This document shows positions 15,390-25,084 of a stretch of 32,830 bases of DNA, piece by piece. The notes under the pieces are model-generated. The model did not search any database. It was not told where the DNA came from and was given only the letters and a program-made list of their open reading frames with translations. Source of the DNA: an uncultured Alphaproteobacteria bacterium (lineage in GTDB: Bacteria > Pseudomonadota > Alphaproteobacteria > Rickettsiales > UBA1997); assembly GCA_903898475.1 (NCBI GenBank), contig CAIUFU010000054.1, positions 1 to 32,830 of the forward strand, written 5' to 3'. Within the stretch, counting starts at the first letter, position 1, and each line of letters starts with the position of its first letter. The translations under genes were made by a program, and so were the position numbers.

Positions 15390-16631
15390 TTATTTTTTAT
15401 CCAAACCATAAGCGTCGTGCAAAACGCGCACCGCTAATTCGCCATATTCTTTTGCAATCAAAACTGAAATTTTAATTTCTGAAGTCGAGATCAAAAGTAG
15501 GTTAATGCCTTTGTCGGCAAGGGTTTTGAACATTGTGTGAGCAACGCCAGAATGGCTAATCATGCCAACGCCAATTACTGAAATTTTTGCGATATTGTCG
15601 TCGATTCTGACTTCAGAATATTTGACTTCATCTTTGATTGATTCGAGAGCCATTTTAGCGCGCTCCAATTCTTCTTTTGCGGCAGTAAAAGTGATGTCGA
15701 TAAATTTGCCATCCGCGCTGATATTTTGTACGATCATGTCAACATTGACTTCTTTGGTTGCTAAAGCGCCAAAGATTGCAGCTGACAAACCTGGGTGGTC
15801 AGGCATTTTAACCAAAGTGATTCTAACATCGTTTTTGCTGTAGCTAATTCCTGTGATTACGCGTCTTTCCATGATTTCCTCGTTATTATTGACTAAGATT
15901 GTTCCAGAATTTTCGTTGGTTTCTTCAAAAGTTGACAAAACTCTCACGCGCACATTATGCGCCATGGCCATTGCAACTGAGCGGGTTTGCAGAACTTTTG
16001 AACCGCTGTAAGCCATTTCTAACATTTCTTCGTAGGTCACTTTATTAAGCTTGCGAGCTTTGTCGGTGATGCGCGGATCGGTTGTGTATACACCGTTAAC
16101 GTCAGTGTAAATGTCACACAAATCAGCTTTTACTGCTGCAGCAATTGCAACTGCTGAAGTGTCTGAACCGCCGCGGCCCAAAGTTGAAACGCGATTTGTT
16201 TTTGGATTAATTCCTTGAAATCCGGCAATTACAATTACGTCAAATTCTTCCAAAGATTTTAACAAAGCCTCTCCGTCAATTTCTTCAATGCGTGCTTTGC
16301 TTGGAACTTCGTCAGTGATAATTGGAATTTGCCAGCCCAAGAATGATCTGGCTTTGTAGCCAATTGATTGCAATTCCAAAGCCAGAAGACCGCAAGTAAC
16401 TTGCTCGCCTGTGGCCACGATTGAATCATATTCCGTAAGGCTTTCGTTAGATGTCAAAGGTGAAACCTGATTACAATAATCGACCAATTGATTGGTCACG
16501 CCCGACATTGCTGAAACTACAACGATGATTTTATTTTTTTTATCGAGCTCGGCTTTTACTTTTTTGGCAACATTCTTAATGCGGTTGATATCACCAACCG
16601 AAGTGCCACCAAATTTTTGAACGATTAACAT
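15390..16631 (-). CDS. lysC: aspartate kinase
   Basis: The N-terminal MLIVQKFGGTSVG kinase motif, GRGGSDT, and C-terminal tandem ACT-like regions. 413 aa is the typical monofunctional size. Confidence 0.92.
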   Translation of the reverse strand: MLIVQKFGGTSVGDINRIKNVAKKVKAELDKKNKIIVVVSAMSGVTNQLVDYCNQVSPLTSNESLTEYDSIVATGEQVTCGLLALELQSIGYKARSFLGWQIPIITDEVPSKARIEEIDGEALLKSLEEFDVIVIAGFQGINPKTNRVSTLGRGGSDTSAVAIAAAVKADLCDIYTDVNGVYTTDPRITDKARKLNKVTYEEMLEMAYSGSKVLQTRSVAMAMAHNVRVRVLSTFEETNENSGTILVNNNEEIMERRVITGISYSKNDVRITLVKMPDHPGLSAAIFGALATKEVNVDMIVQNISADGKFIDITFTAAKEELERAKMALESIKDEVKYSEVRIDDNIAKISVIGVGMISHSGVAHTMFKTLADKGINLLLISTSEIKISVLIAKEYGELAVRVLHDAYGLDKK

Positions 16632-16799
16632 TGTTTGATTTTTGTTAGAAGAAAGGGGTAGCGATTGTTTTTAGCGGAAATTTTTTCTCAAGAAAAACTT
16701 GTGGCACAGTTGCGGCCAAAAGAATTGATTTATCAATTACCCAACTTTAAAAAATCGCTTCACAAATTTCCCATTTTTAAAAAATAAGTTCCCCTTCAC

Positions 16800-18728
16800 A
16801 TGCAATTCTTCCGTAAGCTCGCAGGCAATATCCTTTTCAAAATTTTCTTAGCGTTTGTTGCTTTGGCATTTGTGTTTTTTGGCATTAGTGGATTTCTCAT
16901 GGGCAATCCAAATTCTTGGGTGGTGAAAGTTGGCAGAACTACCATTGGTCAAAGCACTTTCAACAAGGCGTTGCAAAACGATCGCGAAATTATCATCGCT
17001 TCAAATAAAAGCCCTGAAGCCCTGAAATATTTGGAATCAGAACAATTTAAATCTGCCGTTTTAGGCAGAATGGTAAACCGCATCATGGTTGAAAAATTGC
17101 GTGATGAATTTGGCGTTTCAGCTAGCAGAGAATTGATTTTGCAATCAGTTGCCAAAGATCCGAATTTCAGAAATAAAGAAGGCAAATTTGATCGCGAAGT
17201 TTTCAAAAGTTTCTTGGCTAAAAATGGTTTTAACGAAGAAAAATACATCAATGAAATTGCCAATGATGTGGTGGCGACAATGATTATTCAAACCATACCA
17301 ATGGCGTCTCCAATCAATCTTGCAGCGATTGTTGAATCGGAAAATTTCAAACAAGAAAAACGTCTCTGCGATGTTGTGACAATCTCAGAAAAAAATGTCA
17401 GCGCTGTGGCAAAACCAAGTGATGAAGAAGTGGCAAAATTCTTTGAAGAAAATAAGCAAAAATATGCCGCTCCTGAAATGCGCAAAGTTTCTTACGTGCA
17501 TTTTTCTAAAAGCAATTTCGCTAAAGATTTTGCGGTTTCTGACGCGGATGTTTTGGCTGAATATGAAAAAAATAAACAAAATTATTTGAAGCCAGAAAGC
17601 CGAATTTTTTATCACATTTTATTCGAAGAAGAAAAGGCAGCGAAAGAATTTTCACAAAAATTGGATGATGCTACCAAGTCAGACAAATCAAAGCATAAAG
17701 CCGAATTTGTTAAGCTAGCAAAAGAGCTGCAAAAGAAAGATGAAAAGGCTTTGAAGCTTGCCGTAATTCAAAAAGATTTAATTCCTGAATTAGCAGAACC
17801 AACTTTCAAAATGGCTCTTGATGAACGCAGTGCGGTTTTGAAAAGCCCGTTAGGATTTCACATTTTCTTGCTTACCGAAATTAAAAAATCACAACCAGCG
17901 CCTTTTTCTGAATTGAAAGCAGGCATCAAACAACAAATGCTTGAAGGCAGAGAAGAGAAGGTTCTTCAAGCTAAGACTGCTGAAATTGATGATGCACTTT
18001 TAACTTCAAATTCAATTGAAGCAGTTGCTCAAAAATTCAATTTGAAAGCTGTTGAAACAGTGACAATTGATCAAATGGGGCAAACTGAAAAAGGCGTTGA
18101 ATCTGCGGTAGTAAAAAGTTTCGACAATTTTGCTAACAATGCTTTTGCCGCACAAAAAGGTCAGGCTTCTAAAATTTTCTACGCGATAAAATCTGCCGGA
18201 TTTTACGCTTTGAAAGTTGAAGAAATCGCAGTGGCTCACGATAGAAAATTGGAAGAAGTTAAGTCGCAAGTAGTTGCTGATTTGATCAAAAAACATCAGT
18301 CACAAGCCTTGCAAACCTTAGCTAAAAAGATTGGCGATGAATTAAAAGCTAATCCAAATTCAGTTGCTGAAGTTGCTAAAAAATACAAATTGAAGCTTGA
18401 AAAAAATCGTGAATTTCCACGCATTTTTTACATGACTTTCCAAGGTCGCCAAGTGCCTTACCAAAATCAATTTTTGGAAGAATTATTTGCGGTTAAAGTT
18501 GGTCAAGCCACGTCAGTTGTGGCAAGTTCTCCACAAGAATTTATGGTTGGAATTTTGCGCGAAGTGAAAAAATCATCAATGGCATCAGCGCAATCTGAGT
18601 CGGCAAAAAGACAGGCGTCAGAGACTTTCAAAACTGATATTCTGCAAGAGTTCAACAATTACTTACTCGCCAAAAATCCGGTGAAAGTAAATGACAAACT
18701 TTTGGGTAAAAAAGAAGCGGCCCAATGA
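16800..18728 (+). CDS. ppiD: PpiD-like periplasmic chaperone / parvulin-type peptidyl-prolyl isomerase
   Basis: 642 aa. One N-terminal TM anchor, a SurA-N-like region and a parvulin-like block (SPLGFHIFLLTEIK). The size and the ppiD-trpE neighbourhood fit alphaproteobacteria. Confidence 0.7.
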   Translation: MQFFRKLAGNILFKIFLAFVALAFVFFGISGFLMGNPNSWVVKVGRTTIGQSTFNKALQNDREIIIASNKSPEALKYLESEQFKSAVLGRMVNRIMVEKLRDEFGVSASRELILQSVAKDPNFRNKEGKFDREVFKSFLAKNGFNEEKYINEIANDVVATMIIQTIPMASPINLAAIVESENFKQEKRLCDVVTISEKNVSAVAKPSDEEVAKFFEENKQKYAAPEMRKVSYVHFSKSNFAKDFAVSDADVLAEYEKNKQNYLKPESRIFYHILFEEEKAAKEFSQKLDDATKSDKSKHKAEFVKLAKELQKKDEKALKLAVIQKDLIPELAEPTFKMALDERSAVLKSPLGFHIFLLTEIKKSQPAPFSELKAGIKQQMLEGREEKVLQAKTAEIDDALLTSNSIEAVAQKFNLKAVETVTIDQMGQTEKGVESAVVKSFDNFANNAFAAQKGQASKIFYAIKSAGFYALKVEEIAVAHDRKLEEVKSQVVADLIKKHQSQALQTLAKKIGDELKANPNSVAEVAKKYKLKLEKNREFPRIFYMTFQGRQVPYQNQFLEELFAVKVGQATSVVASSPQEFMVGILREVKKSSMASAQSESAKRQASETFKTDILQEFNNYLLAKNPVKVNDKLLGKKEAAQ

Positions 18729-20224
18729 GTTTTAACTTTACCCAAAATGAATTTGACGCGGCGCTAGAAAAATCTGGCGCCACGGTTTTATTTAAAAAAA
18801 TCTCCGCTGACATCATCACGCCGGTACTGGCGTCCCTCAAGGTTGCAAAGCATTTTCCTAATCATCATTTTTTATTCGAATCAGCCGAAAACGGTAACAA
18901 TAAAGGCCGCTTTTCTTTGCTGGGATTCATGCCCGATTTAATGTGGAAATGTGTTGGTGAAGAATCATTCATCAATGCTGATTTTGCAAAAAATCCGCAG
19001 AATTTTAGCCAAGAAAAAGGCGATGTTTTAAACAATTTACGCGCGCTTATCAAAAAATCTCACATCGATTGGAGCATCTTAAATTATGGCTCGGGCGCAC
19101 TTCCTTCGATGAGCGCCGGAATTTTTGGCTACATGGGTTACGACATGGTGCGCTTGATGGAAAAAATTTCTAATCGCGGACTTGCAGATGAGCTAAAAAT
19201 TCCTGACAGCATTTTTATTCGCCCGCAAATCATTGTGGTTTTTGACAATCTTTTTGACTGCGCTTTGATTTGCGCGCCGGTTTTTTCTAAGCAAAAATAT
19301 CAAGATGTGGTGGCGCGAATTTCTGCTGCGGAAGAAATTTTGATGGAGCCTTACGAGGCCAAGCCAATTGCGGCTAAAACCGATTTTAATTTCACCTCAA
19401 ATTGCACTGAGAAAGAATATTGCGACGCGGTTGAGCATTCGAAAAAATACATTACCGACGGCGATATTTTTCAGGTTTTACCTTCGCAAAGATTCACTTC
19501 GAATTTTGACAAAAGCCTTCCAGAATTCGCATTTTATCGCGCGCTGCGCTCGGTGAATCCTTCGCCGTTTTTATTTTATTTGAAGCTGGATGATTTTGTT
19601 TTGAGTGGTTCTAGCCCAGAAATTATGGTGTCGCTAAAAGGCGAGAAAGTTACAGTCAGGCCACTTGCGGGCACCAGAAAAAGAGGCGCTAATTTAGAAG
19701 AAGATAAAAAAATTGCTGCTGAACTTTTGAGTGACGAAAAAGAAATTGCCGAACATTTGATGTTAATCGATTTGGGACGACACGACGCCGGACGCGTTTC
19801 TAAAGAAGGTTCGGTGGTGGTTACAGAAAAAATGGTGATCGAAAATTATTCGCACGTCATGCATATTTCTTCCAATGTTGAGGGAATTTTGCGCGATGAT
19901 CTTGATGCACTTGATGCCTTAATTTCGGGGTTTCCGGCTGGCACTGTCAGTGGCGCTCCAAAAATTCGCGCCATGGCAATCATTGAAGAAATCGAAAAAG
20001 TAAAACGCAGTTTTTACGCCGGATGTGTGGGATATTTTGCCAGCAACGGCGACATGGAGACCTGCATCACTTTGCGTTCAGCTTTGATCAAAGATCAGAA
20101 AATTTATTTGCAAGCGGGTGCCGGCGTGGTTTTTGATTCTGATCCAAAATCAGAATATCAAGAATGTATCAACAAGGCCTTAGGTTTGGTTAAGGCTTGT
20201 GAGAAGATTGCAGAATTTGTCTAA
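18725..20224 (+). CDS. trpE: anthranilate synthase component I (chorismate-utilising enzyme; PabB not excluded)
   Basis: FLFESAENGNNKGRFSLLGF (LLES-type N-terminal block), GDIFQVLPSQRF, SPSPFLFYL, PLAGTRKRG, EHLMLIDLGRHDAGRV, GTVSGAPKIRAM. The ATG overlaps the ppiD stop (ATGA). Confidence 0.8.
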   Translation: MSFNFTQNEFDAALEKSGATVLFKKISADIITPVLASLKVAKHFPNHHFLFESAENGNNKGRFSLLGFMPDLMWKCVGEESFINADFAKNPQNFSQEKGDVLNNLRALIKKSHIDWSILNYGSGALPSMSAGIFGYMGYDMVRLMEKISNRGLADELKIPDSIFIRPQIIVVFDNLFDCALICAPVFSKQKYQDVVARISAAEEILMEPYEAKPIAAKTDFNFTSNCTEKEYCDAVEHSKKYITDGDIFQVLPSQRFTSNFDKSLPEFAFYRALRSVNPSPFLFYLKLDDFVLSGSSPEIMVSLKGEKVTVRPLAGTRKRGANLEEDKKIAAELLSDEKEIAEHLMLIDLGRHDAGRVSKEGSVVVTEKMVIENYSHVMHISSNVEGILRDDLDALDALISGFPAGTVSGAPKIRAMAIIEEIEKVKRSFYAGCVGYFASNGDMETCITLRSALIKDQKIYLQAGAGVVFDSDPKSEYQECINKALGLVKACEKIAEFV

Positions 20225-20230
20225 CGTTAT

Positions 20231-20320
20231 TAGGTCCCTGAGCAAAGCGCAGCGTCGTCGAAGGGCCTGAAACTCGAGGTTCCGGCCCTTCGACGACGCT
20301 GCGCTTTGCTCAGGGACCTA
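20231..20320. repeat. GC-rich palindromic element A: 37-bp perfect inverted arms with a 16-nt loop
   Basis: taggtccctgagcaaagcgcagcgtcgtcgaagggcc (20231-20267) is the exact reverse complement of 20284-20320. Begins 7 nt after the trpE stop. Confidence 0.95.
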
Positions 20321-20425
20321 TTAAATTTGGAAAACAAATTCCGAGTTCTTGCTTTTAAAATCACCAATGAATTAAAGTGCGCGCTACTTAGATAGATCCT
20401 GTTCAAACTCCAATTTCCTCTTACA

Positions 20426-21007
20426 ATGATTCAAGAATTACCTTTAATGCGCAAGGCAACCGCCGTTTGGTTGGTTGAAAACACTTCGCTGACATTTTCT
20501 CAAATCGCTAGTTTTTGCGGTTTGCACGAGCTTGAAGTTCAAGGCATTGCAGATGGCGATGTGGCTTCAGGCATCATCGGACAAAATCCGTTTTTTTCTG
20601 GTCAATTAACTCGCGAAGAAATCACTAGATGTGAGCAAAATCCTGAAAGCAGATTGGTCATTAACAAAAGCGCTGGATCTCAAGTTAAATCAACTGAGAA
20701 AGCTTCAAAATACACACCAATTGCACGTCGCCAAGACAAGCCAGATGGCATTTCTTACTTGCTAAAATATTACCCAGAAATCACCAACGGCCAAATCAAA
20801 AAATTGGTTGGTACTACAGATAAAATGATCGACTCAATCAGAAGTCGCGCTCACTGGAACATGAAAGGCATTAAGCCAAGAGACGTTGTGCTTTTGGGTC
20901 TTTGCAGCCAATCACAATTTAACGATGTGATCTCACAAGTTAAATCAGGCGCCGAAGAAGAAACTCCAAAGCCAGTTAAAAAAAGAAAACCAGCAGCTAA
21001 AAAATAA
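20426..21007 (+). CDS. DUF1013 domain protein (TrcR-like, alphaproteobacteria-specific family)
   Basis: The N-terminus LPLMRKATAVWLVENTSLTFSQIASFCGLHELEVQGIADGDVA matches my recollection of the highly conserved DUF1013 N-terminal block. Lys-rich tail. Confidence 0.75.
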   Translation: MIQELPLMRKATAVWLVENTSLTFSQIASFCGLHELEVQGIADGDVASGIIGQNPFFSGQLTREEITRCEQNPESRLVINKSAGSQVKSTEKASKYTPIARRQDKPDGISYLLKYYPEITNGQIKKLVGTTDKMIDSIRSRAHWNMKGIKPRDVVLLGLCSQSQFNDVISQVKSGAEEETPKPVKKRKPAAKK

Positions 21008-21480
21008 TGAAATTAGAAATCGGCCAAGCGGCACCTTTATTTGCGGTTCAAAGCGACGAAGGTAATGAAATCGAGCTTTCAGAGCTTAAAGGTAAAAATG
21101 TTGTTTTGTATTTTTACCCAAAAGATGACACACCGGGTTGCACCATTGAGGCCCAAGATTTTACTAAAAAAATCAAAGAATTTGAGAAGCTTGATTGCAT
21201 CGTTTTAGGTGTGTCAAAAGATAGCGCTAAGGATCATTGCAAGTTCATCGAGAAATATAATTTGGCCTTCAATTTGTTGGTTGATGAAGACGCCACGCTC
21301 TGCAAAGAATATGGCGTCATCAAAGAAAAATCGATGTTTGGTAAAAAATATTTGGGCATTGATCGCACGACTTTTTTGATCGACAAAATGGGCAAAATTG
21401 TGCGTATTTGGAATTCGGTAAAAGTTAACGGTCACGTTGAAGAAGTTTTAAAAGAATTAGCGAAATTGGCCAAAGCCTAA
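21007..21480 (+). CDS. bcp: thioredoxin-dependent peroxiredoxin Bcp
   Basis: FYPKDDTPGCT peroxidatic-Cys motif. 157 aa with AhpC/TSA fold pattern. Confidence 0.9.
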   Translation: MKLEIGQAAPLFAVQSDEGNEIELSELKGKNVVLYFYPKDDTPGCTIEAQDFTKKIKEFEKLDCIVLGVSKDSAKDHCKFIEKYNLAFNLLVDEDATLCKEYGVIKEKSMFGKKYLGIDRTTFLIDKMGKIVRIWNSVKVNGHVEEVLKELAKLAKA

Positions 21481-21610
21481 AATCACTTGATCTTTCTACT
21501 TCGGTAAATAAGTTGCCGCGCTCTTTTGTTTTCAGGGCCGTCTTGCAAGGCTCGCAAATGATGATGATTTCCACAACTTTCAACAAATTAAATAAACTTT
21601 TAGGAGCGAC

Positions 21611-22261
21611 ATGTCTGTAGTTTTTAAAGCAGAAAAAAGAGAAAATCTTGGTACTGCTGCATCCAGAAAAATCAAAAGAGAAGGACGCATTCCAGCCGTT
21701 ATCTACGCATCAGAAGGTAATGTTAACCTTAGCTTAGATGTTAAAGAATTCGAACATGAATATTTCAAAGGAAATGTTCTAACTGCAGTTGTTGAGCTTG
21801 AGCTTGGCGGCAAAAAGTTAAAAGTTATTGCTCACAAAGTTGAGCTTGATCCAGTTTCTGATCGTCCAGTTCACGTTGATTTCTTGGATTGCAACAGAAC
21901 TAAAACAATCCGTGCTCAACCAAAATTGGTTTTCATCAACCAAGACAGATCTCCAGGATTGAAAAAAGGTGGTTTCTTGCACACCGTACTTCGCAAAACT
22001 TCAGTGATTTGCGACAGTGTTGAATGCATCCCAGAAAAAATTGAAATCGATGCAGCAACTTTGCACTTAGGTTACAAAGTTAGAGCTGAAAATTTAGTGC
22101 TTCCAGCTGGCGTGAAATTGGCTAAAAAAGGCAATTTCTTGATCGCTTCAGTTGTAGGTCGCGGTAAATCTGAAGAAGATCCAGCAGCTGCAGCAGCGGC
22201 AGGTGGAGCTGCTCCAGCAGCAGCAAAAGCTGAAGAGAAAAAACCAGCAGCTAAAAAGTAA
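21611..22261 (+). CDS. rplY: 50S ribosomal protein L25 / general stress protein Ctc (long form)
   Basis: N-terminal R-x-x-x-G-x-x-x-x-R-x-x-R-R-x-G-x-I-P-A-V-I-Y type block (RENLGTAASRKIKREGRIPAVIY), a Ctc C-terminal domain and an Ala/Lys tail. AGGAG lies 6 nt before the ATG. Confidence 0.9.
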   Translation: MSVVFKAEKRENLGTAASRKIKREGRIPAVIYASEGNVNLSLDVKEFEHEYFKGNVLTAVVELELGGKKLKVIAHKVELDPVSDRPVHVDFLDCNRTKTIRAQPKLVFINQDRSPGLKKGGFLHTVLRKTSVICDSVECIPEKIEIDAATLHLGYKVRAENLVLPAGVKLAKKGNFLIASVVGRGKSEEDPAAAAAAGGAAPAAAKAEEKKPAAKK

Positions 22262-22283
22262 GATTCTAAAGAAATATGGTTCG

Positions 22284-22320
22284 AAAAAAAGGGAGTCCTC
22301 GAAAGAGGCTCCCTTTTTTG
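22284..22320. terminator. intrinsic terminator after rplY (A-tract / hairpin / T-tract)
   Basis: aaaaaaa gggagtcctc gaaa gaggctccc tttttt. GC-rich stem with one bulge, then T6. Confidence 0.75.
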
Positions 22321-22380
22321 TTGTCGGGAGTTTTTGTTACTCGAGTCAAAACCTCTTCTTTTCAAGGGATTCATCTACTT

Positions 22381-22541
22381 AACTAGCCAAAGTCAATCCC
22401 CCCTCGATGTCACCCCGTCTTAACGACGGGGTCCACAGTGCTACGAGTTCAGAAGTAAAAAATAAAATTCATGCCTTGCGACGAGATGGACCCCGTCGTG
22501 AAGACGGGGTGACATCGAGGGGGGATTGGTTTTGCCTAGTT
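22381..22541. repeat. GC-rich nested palindromic element B (161 bp)
   Basis: The 42-nt core arms 22394-22435 and 22487-22528 are reverse complements with one mismatch. The outer 13 nt are imperfectly complementary. Each arm holds its own 8-bp hairpin (accccgtc/gacggggt at 22412-22432 and 22490-22510). The spacer is 51 nt and AT-rich. Confidence 0.9.
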
Positions 22542-22669
22542 GGCGAAAGAAAAAGAAGGTGAGAAACACCAAAAAAACACAACTAAAAGTAGAATTAGCT
22601 AGTTGCGATTTTGAGAGGTCGAAATCTTAACAGCATTGACCTCACTGGATCCGAAAAAAAAGTAGGAAG

Positions 22670-22684
22670 CTGCCGGCCCGGCAG
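22670..22684 (-). terminator. possible terminator hairpin downstream of the SDR gene
   Basis: ctgccgg c ccggcag palindrome 12 nt past the stop. On the minus strand a T8 tract follows, but 8 nt away, so this is weak. Confidence 0.35.
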
Positions 22685-22695
22685 TAATTTCTAAT

Positions 22696-23463
22696 TTACA
22701 GTGATTTTTTGCCCGGAAGTTTAGCAAAAATCGGGTCAGTAATTTTTGTCGAAAGCAAAGTTGCTAACCAAACCACGAAATAAAGCGGGAAAGGAAAAGC
22801 GATGCGTGATTTATTTTGTTCGAGTCCGCGTTTGACAATTTGCGCACATTTTTCTGGAGCCATTAAAAAAGGCATCGGAAATTCATTCACATCGGTCATC
22901 GGAGTTTTGATGTAGCCGGGGCAAATCAAATTTACCGCAATTCCAATCTTTCCCAAATTGCCGCGCAGCGCTTCGCCGTAAACGCGCACCGCAGATTTGC
23001 TGGCGGAATAAGCTGGTGAACTTGGTAAGCCGCGAAAGCCGGCGAGCGACGAAACCAAAGCGATTTGGCCGCTTCTTCTTTCTTTCATTTTCTCAATTGC
23101 TGGGTGAATCAAATTTAAAACCCCGTTCAAATTAGTAGAAAAAATTTTCTTCACCTGTGCAAAAGATTCTAAGCCGCCCGCGGTTCCGGCGGAAATTCCG
23201 GCATTGGCGATGACCAAATCTAATTCGTGATTTTCTTCAATTTTTTCGATCCAATTTTTCATCGCGACTTCATCGCAAACATCGGCAATTTCTAAAAGAA
23301 CGTTTGCTTTTAATTCCTCACAAAGAATTTTTGTCGCTTGCAATTTTTCTAAATTTCTGCCGCATAAAAATAAATTCACATTCGGCTTAGAGTAAGCAAC
23401 TGCAAGGGCGCGACCGATTCCACTGCCAGCGCCGCTAATCAAAATATTTTTGGGATTTTTCAT
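22696..23463 (-). CDS. SDR family NAD(P)-dependent oxidoreductase
   Basis: ISGAGSGIGRALA (TGxxxGxG-type cofactor motif), NAG, and the YSASK catalytic Y-x-x-x-K. 255 aa. Confidence 0.88.
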   Translation of the reverse strand: MKNPKNILISGAGSGIGRALAVAYSKPNVNLFLCGRNLEKLQATKILCEELKANVLLEIADVCDEVAMKNWIEKIEENHELDLVIANAGISAGTAGGLESFAQVKKIFSTNLNGVLNLIHPAIEKMKERRSGQIALVSSLAGFRGLPSSPAYSASKSAVRVYGEALRGNLGKIGIAVNLICPGYIKTPMTDVNEFPMPFLMAPEKCAQIVKRGLEQNKSRIAFPFPLYFVVWLATLLSTKITDPIFAKLPGKKSL

Positions 23464-23465
23464 AA

Positions 23466-25030
<1,565 letters not shown>

Positions 25031-25036
25031 AGATTA

Positions 25037-25070
25037 GCAGGGCCAGTCATGAAATCATGATTGGCCTGCT
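25037..25070 (+). terminator. imperfect hairpin between mdh and ftsI (possible terminator or attenuator)
   Basis: gcagggccagtcatga aa tcatgattggcctgc, a ~15-bp stem with one bulge and one mismatch. Only a short tt follows. Confidence 0.35.
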
Positions 25071-25084
25071 TCTAGCGCAAGCAG

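Noticed and set aside
16632-16799. A lysine riboswitch or other leader structure upstream of lysC, in the divergent lysC/ppiD spacer.
   Set aside because: I could not find the conserved L-box helices or any extended pairing on the minus strand. The spacer is AT-rich and unstructured by eye.
18725-20224. Calling this chorismate-utilising enzyme PabB (folate pathway) rather than TrpE, given that no trpG or trpD lies next to it.
   Set aside because: The LLES-like N-terminal block (FLFESAENG...GRFSLLGF) and the overall motif set fit TrpE better, and stand-alone trpE next to ppiD is usual in alphaproteobacteria. Not fully excluded without a phylogeny.
20231-20320. The three GC-rich palindromes (20231, 22381, 32760) as a CRISPR array or its remnants.
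   Set aside because: They are inverted repeats rather than direct repeats, lie 2-10 kb apart, have no regular spacers, and no cas genes are present.
20984-21007. Identical C-terminal KPAAKK-stop and an 18-nt identical stretch (aaaaccagcagctaaaaa) at the ends of the DUF1013 gene and rplY (22238-22261).
   Set aside because: Lys/Ala/Pro tails are common on nucleic-acid-binding proteins, and the preferred codons (aaa, cca, gca, gct) make short identity likely. This is too short to argue for exchange.
22262-22695. A tRNA, small RNA gene or small ORF in the largest intergenic region, including the 100-aa antisense ORF 22072-22374.
   Set aside because: There is no cloverleaf or T-loop (GTTCGAATC-like) signature. 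The antisense ORF mirrors the Ala-rich tail of rplY and runs across its terminator. The region is better explained by two terminators plus palindromic element B.
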